Below, piece by piece: positions 9,248-19,025 of a stretch of DNA of 64,000 bases. Numbering within the stretch: the first letter of the stretch is position 1; every line of letters begins with the position of its first letter. The DNA is from a virus, in the IMG/VR virus record IMGVR_UViG_3300009026_000007, positions 1 to 64,000 of that record. One strand, 5' to 3'. A program made the translations under genes and the position numbers. The notes beneath the pieces were generated by a model that saw only the letters and a list, made by a program, of their open reading frames with translations, ran no database searches and was not told where the DNA came from.

Positions 9248-9267
9248 AGTTTTCTCCAAATAGAAAC

Positions 9268-9285
9268 AGCCCCAATTAAGGGGCT
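9268..9285 (-). terminator. Hairpin/terminator between nrdA and HNH gene
   Basis: AGCCCC AATTAA GGGGCT inverted repeat followed on - strand by GTTTCTATTT. Confidence 0.55.
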
Positions 9286-9291
9286 TTAAAG

Positions 9292-10986
9292 CTACGCCTC
9301 ACATGAGACACAAACATTATTAACGATAATCCCTGAACGACTATAGATATAGTAGAGACTTAGGATATCTTCATCCAAGAAAGCTTTTGTGTGCAGTTCA
9401 GCAATCCGGTCTTCATCACCATCCTCTGAGACATAGAAGTTAATCGATTGTCCCTGACACAGATATTTCTGACGCTGTGATGCATAACGCAAGATTACAT
9501 TCTGATCAACTTCAAAAGCAGTTTTGAACACCATCTTTTCATGATCATCCAACCAAGTTACGTGCTGCACAGAACCAACATGAGAGATAATGTCATCCAG
9601 TGTTTCTTTGCTGTAAACACCACGTTCAACCATGATGTCATACATTTCAGGAACAATACGGAACATGCCTCCTGCTGCACTGCCTTGCTCAAACACCATA
9701 CCCGGATCAGGAGAAACAGACTCAGATACACCACCCATAATAAGGGCACTAGACTTATTAGGTGCAAGTGCTGTTCGGTGTGTCATCCGTTCACCATAAC
9801 CCCGTAACCATTCTGGTTCCCCAAACTCAGCCGCCAGCCACTGTGAAGCTTTCAAACTTTCGTCTTTAATCTTCTTAAAGATTTCCGAGTTAAGAAACTG
9901 AGCTTCAATACTTTCAAATGGAATACGTTTCTTTTGCAGCAGTGTACTAAACCCGAGCGCACCCAAACCTACGGCACGTCCCTTCTCTGTGAACTTACGA
10001 ACTTTAGTAAGTCCCGGAATGCCTTCACTGGCCTTCAAGAAATCACTTACTACACAATCCAAGAATACTGTTGCATCAAAGATTGCAGTTGTATCTTTCC
10101 ATTCTTCGTATTTCGAAAGATTCATACTACTCAGCACGCAAGAGTAAGAAAGATTCTCTGACGAATGAAGCATAATTTCCGAGCATAAATTTGAAGCTTT
10201 AATATCCAAATTCAAATCTTTGTACACTTGTGGACGGTGACGGTTTGCACGATCTACGAAGAAGTAATACCCTCGACCTGTAACCATCTTCACAAACAAA
10301 GCACGACTGAAACGACGATTAGCTTCTTCATCACCGGACTTCAGTTTAGCAATAAAACCATCAGAAACGACCCAGCCGATATTCAGGCCGTCGGGCGTTG
10401 CCTCAAGTGTGTCTACCAACTCATCAAAGTCTCCATGATCAATGGGCAAATAAGATGCTGTGCTGCCACGTCGTTGACTGCCTTGGCTAATCTCTGCTGC
10501 ATCTTGAGAGAACCCAAGGATAACAGGAACAACACCCGACGCTTGACCACCTACGCTAATACTTGTGCCACGAGAACGGATATCCCCAAAGTAGCCAGAA
10601 CAGCCAAACCCATACTTACCAAGCATTGCTGATTCATGGCGGTTCTTGTAGAAACTATCCACACTATCACCAACATACTGCCCAGAGCAACTAACTGTGA
10701 GGCCACGATCTGTCCCAGTATTTGCCAGCACCGGAGTGGCTGCGGACAGCCAACCCTTCCACAGAAGATTAAAGAACTTCTCTTCCCACTCTTGTTCAGC
10801 ACCTGCCATATATTGAGCAAGTGTCTTTGCAACTGTCTTGTGTCGTCCGTAAACCCCCAACTCTCCAGCAACAGCATACTTAGATTTAAACAACTGCCAT
10901 GAGTTAGTTGTGAACCAGTCTGGAATCAAACCTTTATCTTGTAACTCTTTACGTTCTGCACTAAGATCTTCAAAACCCTGTGTCAT
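9292..10986 (-). CDS. nrdA: Class I ribonucleotide reductase alpha subunit (short, no ATP cone)
   Basis: ATPVLAN...SC, SNLCSEI, GLGALG, APNKSS, QGQSINFY, SLYY, C-terminal CVSCEA. Confidence 0.95.
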   Translation of the reverse strand: MTQGFEDLSAERKELQDKGLIPDWFTTNSWQLFKSKYAVAGELGVYGRHKTVAKTLAQYMAGAEQEWEEKFFNLLWKGWLSAATPVLANTGTDRGLTVSCSGQYVGDSVDSFYKNRHESAMLGKYGFGCSGYFGDIRSRGTSISVGGQASGVVPVILGFSQDAAEISQGSQRRGSTASYLPIDHGDFDELVDTLEATPDGLNIGWVVSDGFIAKLKSGDEEANRRFSRALFVKMVTGRGYYFFVDRANRHRPQVYKDLNLDIKASNLCSEIMLHSSENLSYSCVLSSMNLSKYEEWKDTTAIFDATVFLDCVVSDFLKASEGIPGLTKVRKFTEKGRAVGLGALGFSTLLQKKRIPFESIEAQFLNSEIFKKIKDESLKASQWLAAEFGEPEWLRGYGERMTHRTALAPNKSSALIMGGVSESVSPDPGMVFEQGSAAGGMFRIVPEMYDIMVERGVYSKETLDDIISHVGSVQHVTWLDDHEKMVFKTAFEVDQNVILRYASQRQKYLCQGQSINFYVSEDGDEDRIAELHTKAFLDEDILSLYYIYSRSGIIVNNVCVSCEA

Positions 10987-11978
10987 GCAATCTCCCCAAT
11001 AAATTTAAGTTTAGCTTTGTTCCAATTACGTGTGTACTGAACTTGTGAATTGCTAAAAAAGTCTGCATATTTGAATGTGGACAGTTGGTTGTAGAACCAT
11101 TCACTCACTACCCCTTGACCGTCTTTAAATAGCAACTTAGCCTTCAAGTAAGTAAGGACTACATCGATACGGTTGCGTACAAAGTGCAGCATATCTTCTT
11201 TAGTTACTGTTCGAATACCACCTTTTTCAAAGATCATATCACAAATCCGTGACTCGTGAAGATAAACCTCTTCTGCCATAAGTTTAATGTCTTCGTATAG
11301 TGCTTTAACATCTTTCTTAGTAATCTCTTTTGCTTCTTGTTTCTCTGACAGCAGTTGGTTGAACAACCAAGCACTTGCCATGCTATGAAAGTCCTCATCC
11401 TTACTTGAGGCGTCAATACCAGAAGTAATGTGTGGGATCATATTATAACCACCACAGTTAAAGCTCTTCAAGAATGCAAAGTTTGAGAATAATACAGCAC
11501 CTTCCATGAAAGCAAATGCTGCTGTTACACGAAGCTTATCATCACTGTCTGCAAACCGATTAATGAAGGAGATGCGCTCACACAATACTGGATCTTCTTT
11601 CCAGGACAAGTAAAACTCATCAGTAGCAATACTTAGTGACTTATTAATCAAGTCGTAAAACGGCGCGTGGATTCCAATTTCAACAAAGGAAAAAGTTGTA
11701 GCCATCCTTTGGATATCCGGGCGCGGGAACATCTTCTGTACCTTACCACCCCAAAACTCTTCCCCACCAAGCATCAATTCATACTGTGTAAACAATTTCA
11801 GTACTGTTGTAATACCGTGACGCTCCCCTTCTGTACATTTAGTTCGAATATCGTTTTCATCCTTTTCTACCCCAAGCTCTTCAGCGAACCAAATAATACT
11901 TGTCTGCTTCTTAGCTGCCTCAATTGCTTGTGGGTAGTCTACCGTATAACTTTCTTTTACTTCTTCAATACGTGCCAA
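10983..11978 (-). CDS. nrdB: Class I ribonucleotide reductase beta subunit
   Basis: Di-metal ligands E..IH...Y, MEG..LFSNF, DEDFH; C-terminal DFF......Y. Confidence 0.93.
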   Translation of the reverse strand: MARIEEVKESYTVDYPQAIEAAKKQTSIIWFAEELGVEKDENDIRTKCTEGERHGITTVLKLFTQYELMLGGEEFWGGKVQKMFPRPDIQRMATTFSFVEIGIHAPFYDLINKSLSIATDEFYLSWKEDPVLCERISFINRFADSDDKLRVTAAFAFMEGAVLFSNFAFLKSFNCGGYNMIPHITSGIDASSKDEDFHSMASAWLFNQLLSEKQEAKEITKKDVKALYEDIKLMAEEVYLHESRICDMIFEKGGIRTVTKEDMLHFVRNRIDVVLTYLKAKLLFKDGQGVVSEWFYNQLSTFKYADFFSNSQVQYTRNWNKAKLKFIGEIA

Positions 11979-11992
11979 CCTATATCCCCTTA

Positions 11993-12361
11993 TTAATTAT
12001 CTGATTGAATCCCATGCTGTTGAGCATACTCGCAAAAATCACCAGTGTTCAGCATCTTACCCATTGTCTTTAGTTGGATACGTAAATCAAGACTTGAGTG
12101 TTCTAGAATATTTTCCCAACTCGCCGACCCTTGAGTTAGCCATTCACCAGTACGCTCATGACCCTGGTACATCAGACAGTCTACAACATTTCCACGAAGA
12201 TTACGATGCTTACAAACTACCTCATCAACCCCCATGCTAACATCCAGCCCGTTGTTAAAAAGAAACTTACTAATCTCTTCTTTATTATTTTCACCAAATG
12301 CTTGGGCAAAGCCTTCACAGAGAAGCAAGTCTGACAAACTCAAATTAAATCCTACGGCCAT
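11993..12361 (-). CDS. Hypothetical protein
   Basis: ORF in packed operon. Confidence 0.7.
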   Translation of the reverse strand: MAVGFNLSLSDLLLCEGFAQAFGENNKEEISKFLFNNGLDVSMGVDEVVCKHRNLRGNVVDCLMYQGHERTGEWLTQGSASWENILEHSSLDLRIQLKTMGKMLNTGDFCEYAQQHGIQSDN

Positions 12362-12362
12362 T

Positions 12363-12548
12363 TTATTCTTCCCCCTCTAGAAATGCAACTTCCATAACAC
12401 AACCCATCACATCATTCAAACAATCTTTATTGTCAATCAGACGCATTAGCTTAACTACTTGTTCGACCGTAAAACCACTCATTTGCAGTGAATCCATGAA
12501 TGACTCCCAAGCTATATTGTTTGCATCTTTAACTTGTTTGTAATTCAT
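12363..12548 (-). CDS. Hypothetical protein
   Basis: ORF with ATGA overlap. Confidence 0.6.
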   Translation of the reverse strand: MNYKQVKDANNIAWESFMDSLQMSGFTVEQVVKLMRLIDNKDCLNDVMGCVMEVAFLEGEE

Positions 12549-12742
12549 ACTTCTACCCCATTAGCCAAATCTTCTTGGAAGTACTCGAAAGCACTTACAT
12601 CATTATTAATTGCAATCTCAATATCTTCAATCGTGTCGATCAGATAGCGGCTGCTTTCACTGATACTCATACCCAAGCGAACCATGTAAAGATTTTGTAG
12701 CTCTTGGATGAAATTGGAAACTTTAAATTCTTCATTAATCAT
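12545..12742 (-). CDS. Hypothetical protein
   Basis: ORF with AGGAG SD. Confidence 0.6.
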   Translation of the reverse strand: MINEEFKVSNFIQELQNLYMVRLGMSISESSRYLIDTIEDIEIAINNDVSAFEYFQEDLANGVEV

Positions 12743-12751
12743 ATATTTCTC

Positions 12752-13384
12752 CTAAGCTCTTTTAGTTTCAATACCTTGTTTATAATCTTCTTCGAGCAAC
12801 TTTGCGTGCAAGTATAAGCCTTCAATCACACGCTCGTCAACCGAGTTCTTATATTTCTTTGCGGAGTCAATAATACAGTCTACCTTAGCTTTCTGCCAAG
12901 CTCTGTGTGCTTCTATTTGAGTATGATACAGTCCCAAATATAGTTGCTTTTCATTGTAGTTTAATCTCCCTTGGAACTTAGTATTTCTTCCCGGATTAGA
13001 TACACCTATTAGAAACTTACCACCTCTCTCATGCCTAAAATTTAATAGTTTGTTTAATTCATTAGGTACAAACGCACAATCAATATCTGTGTAGTTCTGA
13101 TTGTAAGGTGTGATAATATCTTTATCCAGTTGCCAATATTTTCCCGATGCCTCTATGTTCCTGTATCCAACCTGTGTTTGACACCACTCAGCGAACACCT
13201 GAAAGCTTGGAAACAGATTCCTACTACTAGCATATTTAGGATACCTCTTAACGAATGCGCTTTCTGGGTTTGTCCTTGTAGTTACATCACACCATATTTT
13301 ACCTGCTCGTGTATCCACTTGAACGTTATTACTTGAGTAACTTTTTAACCATATACCATCAATCTGTCTGTCAAACTTCTCCAT
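12752..13384 (-). CDS. Putative homing endonuclease (HNH-like, AP2-like C-terminus)
   Basis: F..FAEW.Q.Q.....LDKDI......Y....C.FVP..LN motif, then GV....YLGLY.T..EAH.AW; paralog of 47330 and 56596. Confidence 0.75.
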   Translation of the reverse strand: MEKFDRQIDGIWLKSYSSNNVQVDTRAGKIWCDVTTRTNPESAFVKRYPKYASSRNLFPSFQVFAEWCQTQVGYRNIEASGKYWQLDKDIITPYNQNYTDIDCAFVPNELNKLLNFRHERGGKFLIGVSNPGRNTKFQGRLNYNEKQLYLGLYHTQIEAHRAWQKAKVDCIIDSAKKYKNSVDERVIEGLYLHAKLLEEDYKQGIETKRA

Positions 13385-13396
13385 ACAAATTTCCTT

Positions 13397-14137
13397 TTAT
13401 TTCTCCACCAATGCTTTATAAGAAACTGGGAACAACTGTTTAACAATCTCTGCTACTTGCTGTGCAACCAGTCGTGTTTCATACTGAGTGTGTTCATCCA
13501 AACGCAACACTAGCATATCACAGAATGCCCCCAATGTGCCACTCCAAATCCATGTCGTCATCATTGACTGAGGAAGAACCATGCGGGCTTCTTCGGCACA
13601 CACACCTAGATCAAGAAGTGTATCATAAGTCTCAAGAGCAGCTTTATTTACTTCCTCTGGACGATAGATGCAATTACCTTCTTCGTTTGTCAGAGTATCA
13701 ATAATATCTAGGTTGACAGTCTCATCTTTACTACTACCCTGTTTCACATTTTCAGCAGCTTTACGCCAAGACTCAGGAGTATAGAACTCAGGCTCATCCT
13801 TTACATAGCGACGACTAACTTCATTCCAAGGCATAAACTTATGCTTTACAAGTTGACGTGCTACAAATACCGGAGCTTTTACACGGATGCTAATGAAGCT
13901 GTGATTGAATGGCGAAAGATGTTTGTGCATGGCAAGGTACTTAATTAGTTTAGAATCTGCTGGACTCAGTGTTTTGTAGACTCCAGCCCCAACATGTTTA
14001 CCACTCTCTGGCTTACCGTCTACTCGACCATCCACAATCAACCATTCGCTTTTCTTGTCAAAGCTGCAACGTGCCGCATCTACAACAGACAGGTCATCAC
14101 CACAATGATTGATGTACTCTACTTTAATCTCACTCAT
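13397..14137 (-). CDS. thyX: FAD-dependent thymidylate synthase
   Basis: DLSVVDAAR.SF, H.SPF, APVFVARQLVKH, NEVSRRY, EEARMVLPQ, TQYE.R. Confidence 0.95.
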   Translation of the reverse strand: MSEIKVEYINHCGDDLSVVDAARCSFDKKSEWLIVDGRVDGKPESGKHVGAGVYKTLSPADSKLIKYLAMHKHLSPFNHSFISIRVKAPVFVARQLVKHKFMPWNEVSRRYVKDEPEFYTPESWRKAAENVKQGSSKDETVNLDIIDTLTNEEGNCIYRPEEVNKAALETYDTLLDLGVCAEEARMVLPQSMMTTWIWSGTLGAFCDMLVLRLDEHTQYETRLVAQQVAEIVKQLFPVSYKALVEK

Positions 14138-14285
14138 CCCCACTTTCCTCCAATTCTTCCAAACACCCTTCCCAACTCAACGGAAGATCTTTATAAAGTT
14201 CCCAAGCTAACCCTGTAGCAACTAATTCATTATAGTATTCTTTTGTTCTTACATCAAGCTGCCATACCATTGTTTGTTTAGTCAT
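14130..14285 (-). CDS. Small hypothetical protein (51 aa)
   Basis: Unlisted ORF MTKQTMVWQLDVRTKEYYNELVATGLAWEL... filling the gap, overlapping both neighbours. Confidence 0.55.
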   Translation of the reverse strand: MTKQTMVWQLDVRTKEYYNELVATGLAWELYKDLPLSWEGCLEELEESGDE

Positions 14286-14767
14286 ACTTTAAACTCTTCT
14301 GGAATACAAACACTGAGGTCCGGACGTTCATGATTCAACAGCTTCATTACTTTGTTGTCTGAACAACGCTTGACAGTAAACATTTGCTCACCTTCAAAAG
14401 TTGTCTCGTCTACATAACATTCTTCGCCAATTTCATATTCCCGATGTCCTTTACTTTGTTTTGCATAACTCAGGCTGTTGGTAATCTTCTGTGCATTGTT
14501 TGAACAAACAGTTTCCCAAGCAAGTTTAGTCTTACAACCATAAGCTTCAAGCAAATGTTCCAAATAAGTGTTGAGGTACTTAATATCCATACAAGCATCC
14601 AACACTTCTAAAAGTTCTTCCTCTGAACAGGCATCCTCAAGTTCATTCACTTCTTCTAGGATAAGTTTGGATTGGGCTTTAACTTGCTTCCAGACTTCCC
14701 AATGATCACCCATAGCCGGTTGATTACCAATTGCATAACCAAACTTAATACATTCTTTCTTTGACAC
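14282..14767 (-). CDS. MazG-like / PRA-PH family NTP pyrophosphohydrolase
   Basis: LILEEVNEL...EVLDACMDIKY...WETVCSNN.QK; probable start near 14767 after AAGGAGA. Confidence 0.75.
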   Translation of the reverse strand: MSKKECIKFGYAIGNQPAMGDHWEVWKQVKAQSKLILEEVNELEDACSEEELLEVLDACMDIKYLNTYLEHLLEAYGCKTKLAWETVCSNNAQKITNSLSYAKQSKGHREYEIGEECYVDETTFEGEQMFTVKRCSDNKVMKLLNHERPDLSVCIPEEFKV

Positions 14768-14778
14768 CAAAACTCTCC

Positions 14779-15228
14779 TTAATTTAAATATTGATCGCAG
14801 AAATCTTTCACACTGAAGCTTTCCCAATCTTTATACTCACCTTTACCAAACAGTACACGTTTCTCAGAATCAAACTTAACTAAATTATCCTCCAAGTCAT
14901 CAACCATTGCAACAAGAGAATCATTTAAAATATACTTCTCGTGTGTTCCTACAAAGCCAGTCATAAAGGGAAAATGTTTCTTTAAGAAGTATACCTTACT
15001 CCGGTGATGATTTCCTTTCAGCCTTGAAACAAACACAATACTAAAATACTGACTCAATGCTTCTAGCTTCTCTACAGCACACTTCATTGGCTCTAGGTTG
15101 TCATAAAGAGTTTCATCACGCCAGAAGTCCAATGGATCATCTAGGAATGGTGAAGCCTTTTGGTAGAGGGCTAGAGTATCAACTACCACACCATCTACGT
15201 CAATTCCAATTTGGCGTTTGTTTGTCAT
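14779..15228 (-). CDS. HAD-family 5'(3')-deoxyribonucleotidase-like protein
   Basis: IGIDVDGVVVD (motif I), K..FL..HFPF, MVDD. Confidence 0.8.
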   Translation of the reverse strand: MTNKRQIGIDVDGVVVDTLALYQKASPFLDDPLDFWRDETLYDNLEPMKCAVEKLEALSQYFSIVFVSRLKGNHHRSKVYFLKKHFPFMTGFVGTHEKYILNDSLVAMVDDLEDNLVKFDSEKRVLFGKGEYKDWESFSVKDFCDQYLN

Positions 15229-15815
15229 TTGATTTTTCCTGTCAATACAAGCTCAAGCTCCGCTAAACAATTGAAGCAAGTGTGAGCCAGATGAACAATA
15301 TTACTCTCTTCATCTGTACGCTCAATAGCCGGAACACCTTGAGCTTTCTGAATAAACCCCTTCACTCGGTGACGACTAGCAGCAGCAGAGAATTCAGTTT
15401 CAGCATTAGGAAGATTTTTAAAGTCATTAGGTTTGTAACCTTTATTCTCTTCAGCCCAACCCATAACTCTAGCAATCTCTAGGATAGCGTTAGGGAAACC
15501 TTCATCAAAGAGTTGCATCTTTACCTTACCAACTTTACGTTCTTCTAGTACTGGTCGAGCTATGCTTTCTAGTTCAGGTTTATCAAAGATGTTGAAAAGA
15601 ACAACAGGATTTTCACCAAAAGATGTCTCTGTGATTCCATACAAGTCTTCAGTTTTTAGTGTGCAATCATAAGCTTCAACTTCCCATTCAAAATATGAAT
15701 CTTGAGTAATAAGCTTAACAACTTTACCTTCGTCATCAGGCAAGAAGCCCCAACCACCTTGCACAATAGCTAACACGTCTCCTGCTCTTAGACTATTCAT
15801 CAACCCTCTCCTCAT
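15225..15815 (-). CDS. dATP/dGTP diphosphohydrolase (DUF5664-like) domain protein
   Basis: GK..M.L...P.A...IARVM.W...K..Y..N......AA.RH...D.ES...HLAH..N motif in C-terminal half. Confidence 0.7.
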   Translation of the reverse strand: MRRGLMNSLRAGDVLAIVQGGWGFLPDDEGKVVKLITQDSYFEWEVEAYDCTLKTEDLYGITETSFGENPVVLFNIFDKPELESIARPVLEERKVGKVKMQLFDEGFPNAILEIARVMGWAEENKGYKPNDFKNLPNAETEFSAAASRHRVKGFIQKAQGVPAIERTDEESNIVHLAHTCFNCLAELELVLTGKIK

Positions 15816-15956
15816 TCTGTTTAGCAGTATTCTTCAATTTCTGTATTTGATCGAGCATATTTTCTTGTTGCTGTCTAAGTTTGAACCAATTTCATAGTGT
15901 TGTCAAGCTCTTGTTCAAGAGTTTTTATTCGCTTATAAAGTCTGAAATCGTTTATT

Positions 15957-16532
15957 TTAGTTCTCCTTGTTCATATGCCTATCAGTGTAACCAGCGCCTA
16001 GAGAGTTTAACTGTTCAATCATCTTTTGTCTGTACTCAACAGCTAATTTAAAAGCTTCTTCATCACCGTACTTTTTGATATTGAAAGCTTTACTTCTTTC
16101 TTTACCTTCCAAGTCAGTCCAGAAGGCTCTCCAGAGGAAGGCTTTATTACCACTTCTTAGCGTATTTATACATAGTGTGACGCCTACAGTCCCTGAAGTG
16201 TTGTCATGCCTTGGTGTACAGTTACGAGCGTTTCCAGACCTAGAAACAAGCCTCAAGTTGCTTAATTTGTTGTTTGTTCTATCACCGTCAACATGGTCAA
16301 TGAACTTCCCTTGTTCAATAGGTCCATAGTGTAGTTCCCAAATAACTCTGTGAACTAGTTGCAGTTTACGTTCTTTACGAACTTGATAATACCCACTGTT
16401 TCCTAGTCCACCAGCAACATCACCGATCCCTACGTTCTTAAAATTCTTCCAGCGTCCTGAGTAGATGTCTACAGCCCATCTAAGACAGGTAGGACTGGTT
16501 TCATCATAGACGTAAAGCTCGTTAATTTCCAT
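15957..16532 (-). CDS. HNH homing endonuclease with AP2 DNA-binding domain
   Basis: VHRVIWELHYG.I.....IDH.DGDRTNN..SNLR.V....N..N; NTSG.VGV...F.I.KYG.EEAF..A..YR. Confidence 0.9.
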   Translation of the reverse strand: MEINELYVYDETSPTCLRWAVDIYSGRWKNFKNVGIGDVAGGLGNSGYYQVRKERKLQLVHRVIWELHYGPIEQGKFIDHVDGDRTNNKLSNLRLVSRSGNARNCTPRHDNTSGTVGVTLCINTLRSGNKAFLWRAFWTDLEGKERSKAFNIKKYGDEEAFKLAVEYRQKMIEQLNSLGAGYTDRHMNKEN

Positions 16533-17304
16533 ACTTAGTCATAATATAATCAAGTGATACAAACGAAGGAAGTCCAAAGCCGTCTTTAACTTCATGTAGC
16601 ATGGTCAAACCACGAAAATGGAAGTTACCTTGATAACCCTTATAGGCTTCATCAAAAGGATAGCAAGCACCATTAATAATACCAATCTGCATCGTTCCGT
16701 CTAGTGTTGGTCGGATAGCGACATCGACCAATTGCTTATGTCCGACCACGAAGGATTTACCCACAGTTTTCAACTGACTAAGTGCGTTGCCCCCATAAGG
16801 CTTGCCAGTGAATGGGTTAGCTAAGTAATGGACATAATTAATACCATCTACCTCTGCTGGTTTAAGAAAGGGATAAACTTCCCAACCATACTGCTCTAGG
16901 TTCAGCAGTGCAGTGCCTACAACACCATCTAGCTCAGGCTGATCATTTGCCAAGCGATCAGCTCGGTATTCATGATTACCCGTGCAGAAGATCATTCGTG
17001 GATTGTAAGCTTTCTTCTTAGCCTTACGCTGATTTTCTTGAAGTTTCCAGATTGGCTCCATCATCAAGCGCATAGCCTCATGCCCAGCTTCAAGGTCTGC
17101 CTTCAAACGGCGTCCTTCAAAACTTTTCTTGCCCTTGTCATAACTAGAAAGTGATTCTAGGTCAAACGCATCCCCGATATGTACAATTACATCAGGTTTC
17201 TTTGCTGCAATGTAGTTACCAATTGCAGATAGATAACTCAAATCATGCCCAGGTTTCGCCTGAGTGTCTGCTACGATCAAATGTTTCAAACCAATTCCCC
17301 TCAA
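16522..17304 (-). CDS. Calcineurin-like metallophosphoesterase
   Basis: ADTQ, HIGDAFD, GNHE, GHKQ motifs. Confidence 0.88.
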   Translation of the reverse strand: MRGIGLKHLIVADTQAKPGHDLSYLSAIGNYIAAKKPDVIVHIGDAFDLESLSSYDKGKKSFEGRRLKADLEAGHEAMRLMMEPIWKLQENQRKAKKKAYNPRMIFCTGNHEYRADRLANDQPELDGVVGTALLNLEQYGWEVYPFLKPAEVDGINYVHYLANPFTGKPYGGNALSQLKTVGKSFVVGHKQLVDVAIRPTLDGTMQIGIINGACYPFDEAYKGYQGNFHFRGLTMLHEVKDGFGLPSFVSLDYIMTKYGN

Positions 17305-17540
17305 TTATTCAAATGAAATTCATGACGTTTACGTAAATCCATATACAATTTGAATAGATCCTTATTCATAACCGACAAGCTCTCTGCAACTTCGTACTTA
17401 TTTCTAACAGACAGTGTATTAAACTCATCCAGCACTTCGTCAAGTTTATTGTGGAAGTCTGTAATGATTTCCTGTGGTTCTCTGTTAGATGCAGCAGCTT
17501 GTACCACCTTCTTAGAAAATAACTCTCTAATCTCGCCCAT
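17301..17540 (-). CDS. Hypothetical protein
   Basis: ORF in packed operon. Confidence 0.6.
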   Translation of the reverse strand: MGEIRELFSKKVVQAAASNREPQEIITDFHNKLDEVLDEFNTLSVRNKYEVAESLSVMNKDLFKLYMDLRKRHEFHLNN

Positions 17541-17812
17541 CTTCTTTTCTCTCCAAGACTACTACAAGTTCATTGGTCAAAGAATCTATAGCTGTATCTT
17601 TAACAACATAATCATCGTTTTGGTAATCTTCAGTCCAATAATCAATAACAGTTTGAAGTTTAATCCTATGAACTAGACAAGGAAGTTTGTTAGTCATAGC
17701 TAAAACCCAAACACAGAGGTGTCGATACAAGTGAGCCATACATAAAAGAATGTATAGTATTGAACTGACATCTCAATATAGGTTGCAAGAGTGAATCGAT
17801 CTTTAAGCATGA

Positions 17813-17995
17813 TTATTTAAGCTCCTCACGAAAGGTTTCATCATCAAGAATATTAACAGTCTGGTTGATAGTGTAAGGTTTCTGTTCTTCAAGAAGAAGT
17901 TCCAAAATCTTATCCACTTTAGCAGTCAGTGAACCAATTTGAATACTTAATTCTGTATAAGCCGTGTTTCCAACTTTCAGTTTCTTGTCAGTCAT
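17813..17995 (-). CDS. Hypothetical protein
   Basis: ORF in packed operon. Confidence 0.55.
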   Translation of the reverse strand: MTDKKLKVGNTAYTELSIQIGSLTAKVDKILELLLEEQKPYTINQTVNILDDETFREELK

Positions 17996-18194
17996 TTTTA
18001 TAACTCCAGTGGGTAATACTTAAAAGCTCTAATTTACCATCTTCTGTAAACCAACGAGGTCCGGTTGTTGTTCTCGCTAGGAAACCAATACCCTGAAAAC
18101 CTGAATCTGAATTCTTAACATGAACATTGTCTGTTGTACAACCATATGCTTGTGTTTCTTCTGGAAGACCCTCTTCTACGCTAGTCCATTCCAC
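17988..18194 (-). CDS. DUF551-like small protein
   Basis: MEWTSVEEGLP...ITHW motif. Confidence 0.65.
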   Translation of the reverse strand: MEWTSVEEGLPEETQAYGCTTDNVHVKNSDSGFQGIGFLARTTTGPRWFTEDGKLELLSITHWSYKND

Positions 18195-18777
18195 GTTTCA
18201 TCTCCTCTTCTAGCACTTTACGAACAGCATCACGTCTGCTTTTCGGGTTCTTAGCTACTACAACATTACGCTCTTTTAGCCAAGAATCAATCTGTGATGC
18301 TTTCAGTTTACAGATTTTAATTACTTCACGTTCAATTTTAGCAGATTCGAAAGATATGTCAAGCTTTTCTGCCAAAGTCTTTGTGAGGTGGTCTTCTTTA
18401 CAAAGTACCTGTAAATCATCAAAACTAACCATGAGAATATTATCGAAGTAATCTTGAAAATGCTCAACCTTTGTAAATGGAAACTTATTACCTGTGTGTT
18501 TGTGGTCGATTTCAATATCAGATATCTTAAAGAATGCTTGACAAATCTCACACTGAACTAACCATTTGGTACGTGTTGTTTCATCCATATCAGGAATTGT
18601 CTTACTGTACAGATAAGCCAGTTTCACATCAGACCTCATCCATGCTTGTCTGATGGCTGAACGTACAACAGCTACAACATCCTTTTCTTGTGGTGAGCCG
18701 TCTTCATTGAGCTTCTTCATAAACTCTTTAAGCTTGTCTTCACGTTTCTTTATATCAGCTTGGGTTGGCAGTGTCAT
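18181..18777 (-). CDS. HNH-fold endonuclease (replication-module associated)
   Basis: RSAIR.AW, CEIC...EIDH...LQVLC...H..KT. Confidence 0.75.
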   Translation of the reverse strand: MTLPTQADIKKREDKLKEFMKKLNEDGSPQEKDVVAVVRSAIRQAWMRSDVKLAYLYSKTIPDMDETTRTKWLVQCEICQAFFKISDIEIDHKHTGNKFPFTKVEHFQDYFDNILMVSFDDLQVLCKEDHLTKTLAEKLDISFESAKIEREVIKICKLKASQIDSWLKERNVVVAKNPKSRRDAVRKVLEEEMKRGMD

Positions 18778-19025
18778 GTTTTGTCTTCCATGTACTTAAC
18801 ACAAGCTCCAGTCATTATGATCACATACCTATTGAAACATGGTGTGTGAGGTTTTACTCTCAAGTCTGAACCTAGGTATTCATAGCACCAGTTAATATAC
18901 TGATAAGGTAGGTAGATACACTGTGTATTGCCTTCTGAGCATTCCTTAATCCAGACTTCACTTGGTTTGATTATATCCTCGATCTTAGATTCAGGTTTCT
19001 TTTTGTTAAAAGGCCACTTAAACAT
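18774..19025 (-). CDS. Hypothetical protein
   Basis: ORF overlapping neighbours. Confidence 0.55.
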   Translation of the reverse strand: MFKWPFNKKKPESKIEDIIKPSEVWIKECSEGNTQCIYLPYQYINWCYEYLGSDLRVKPHTPCFNRYVIIMTGACVKYMEDKT

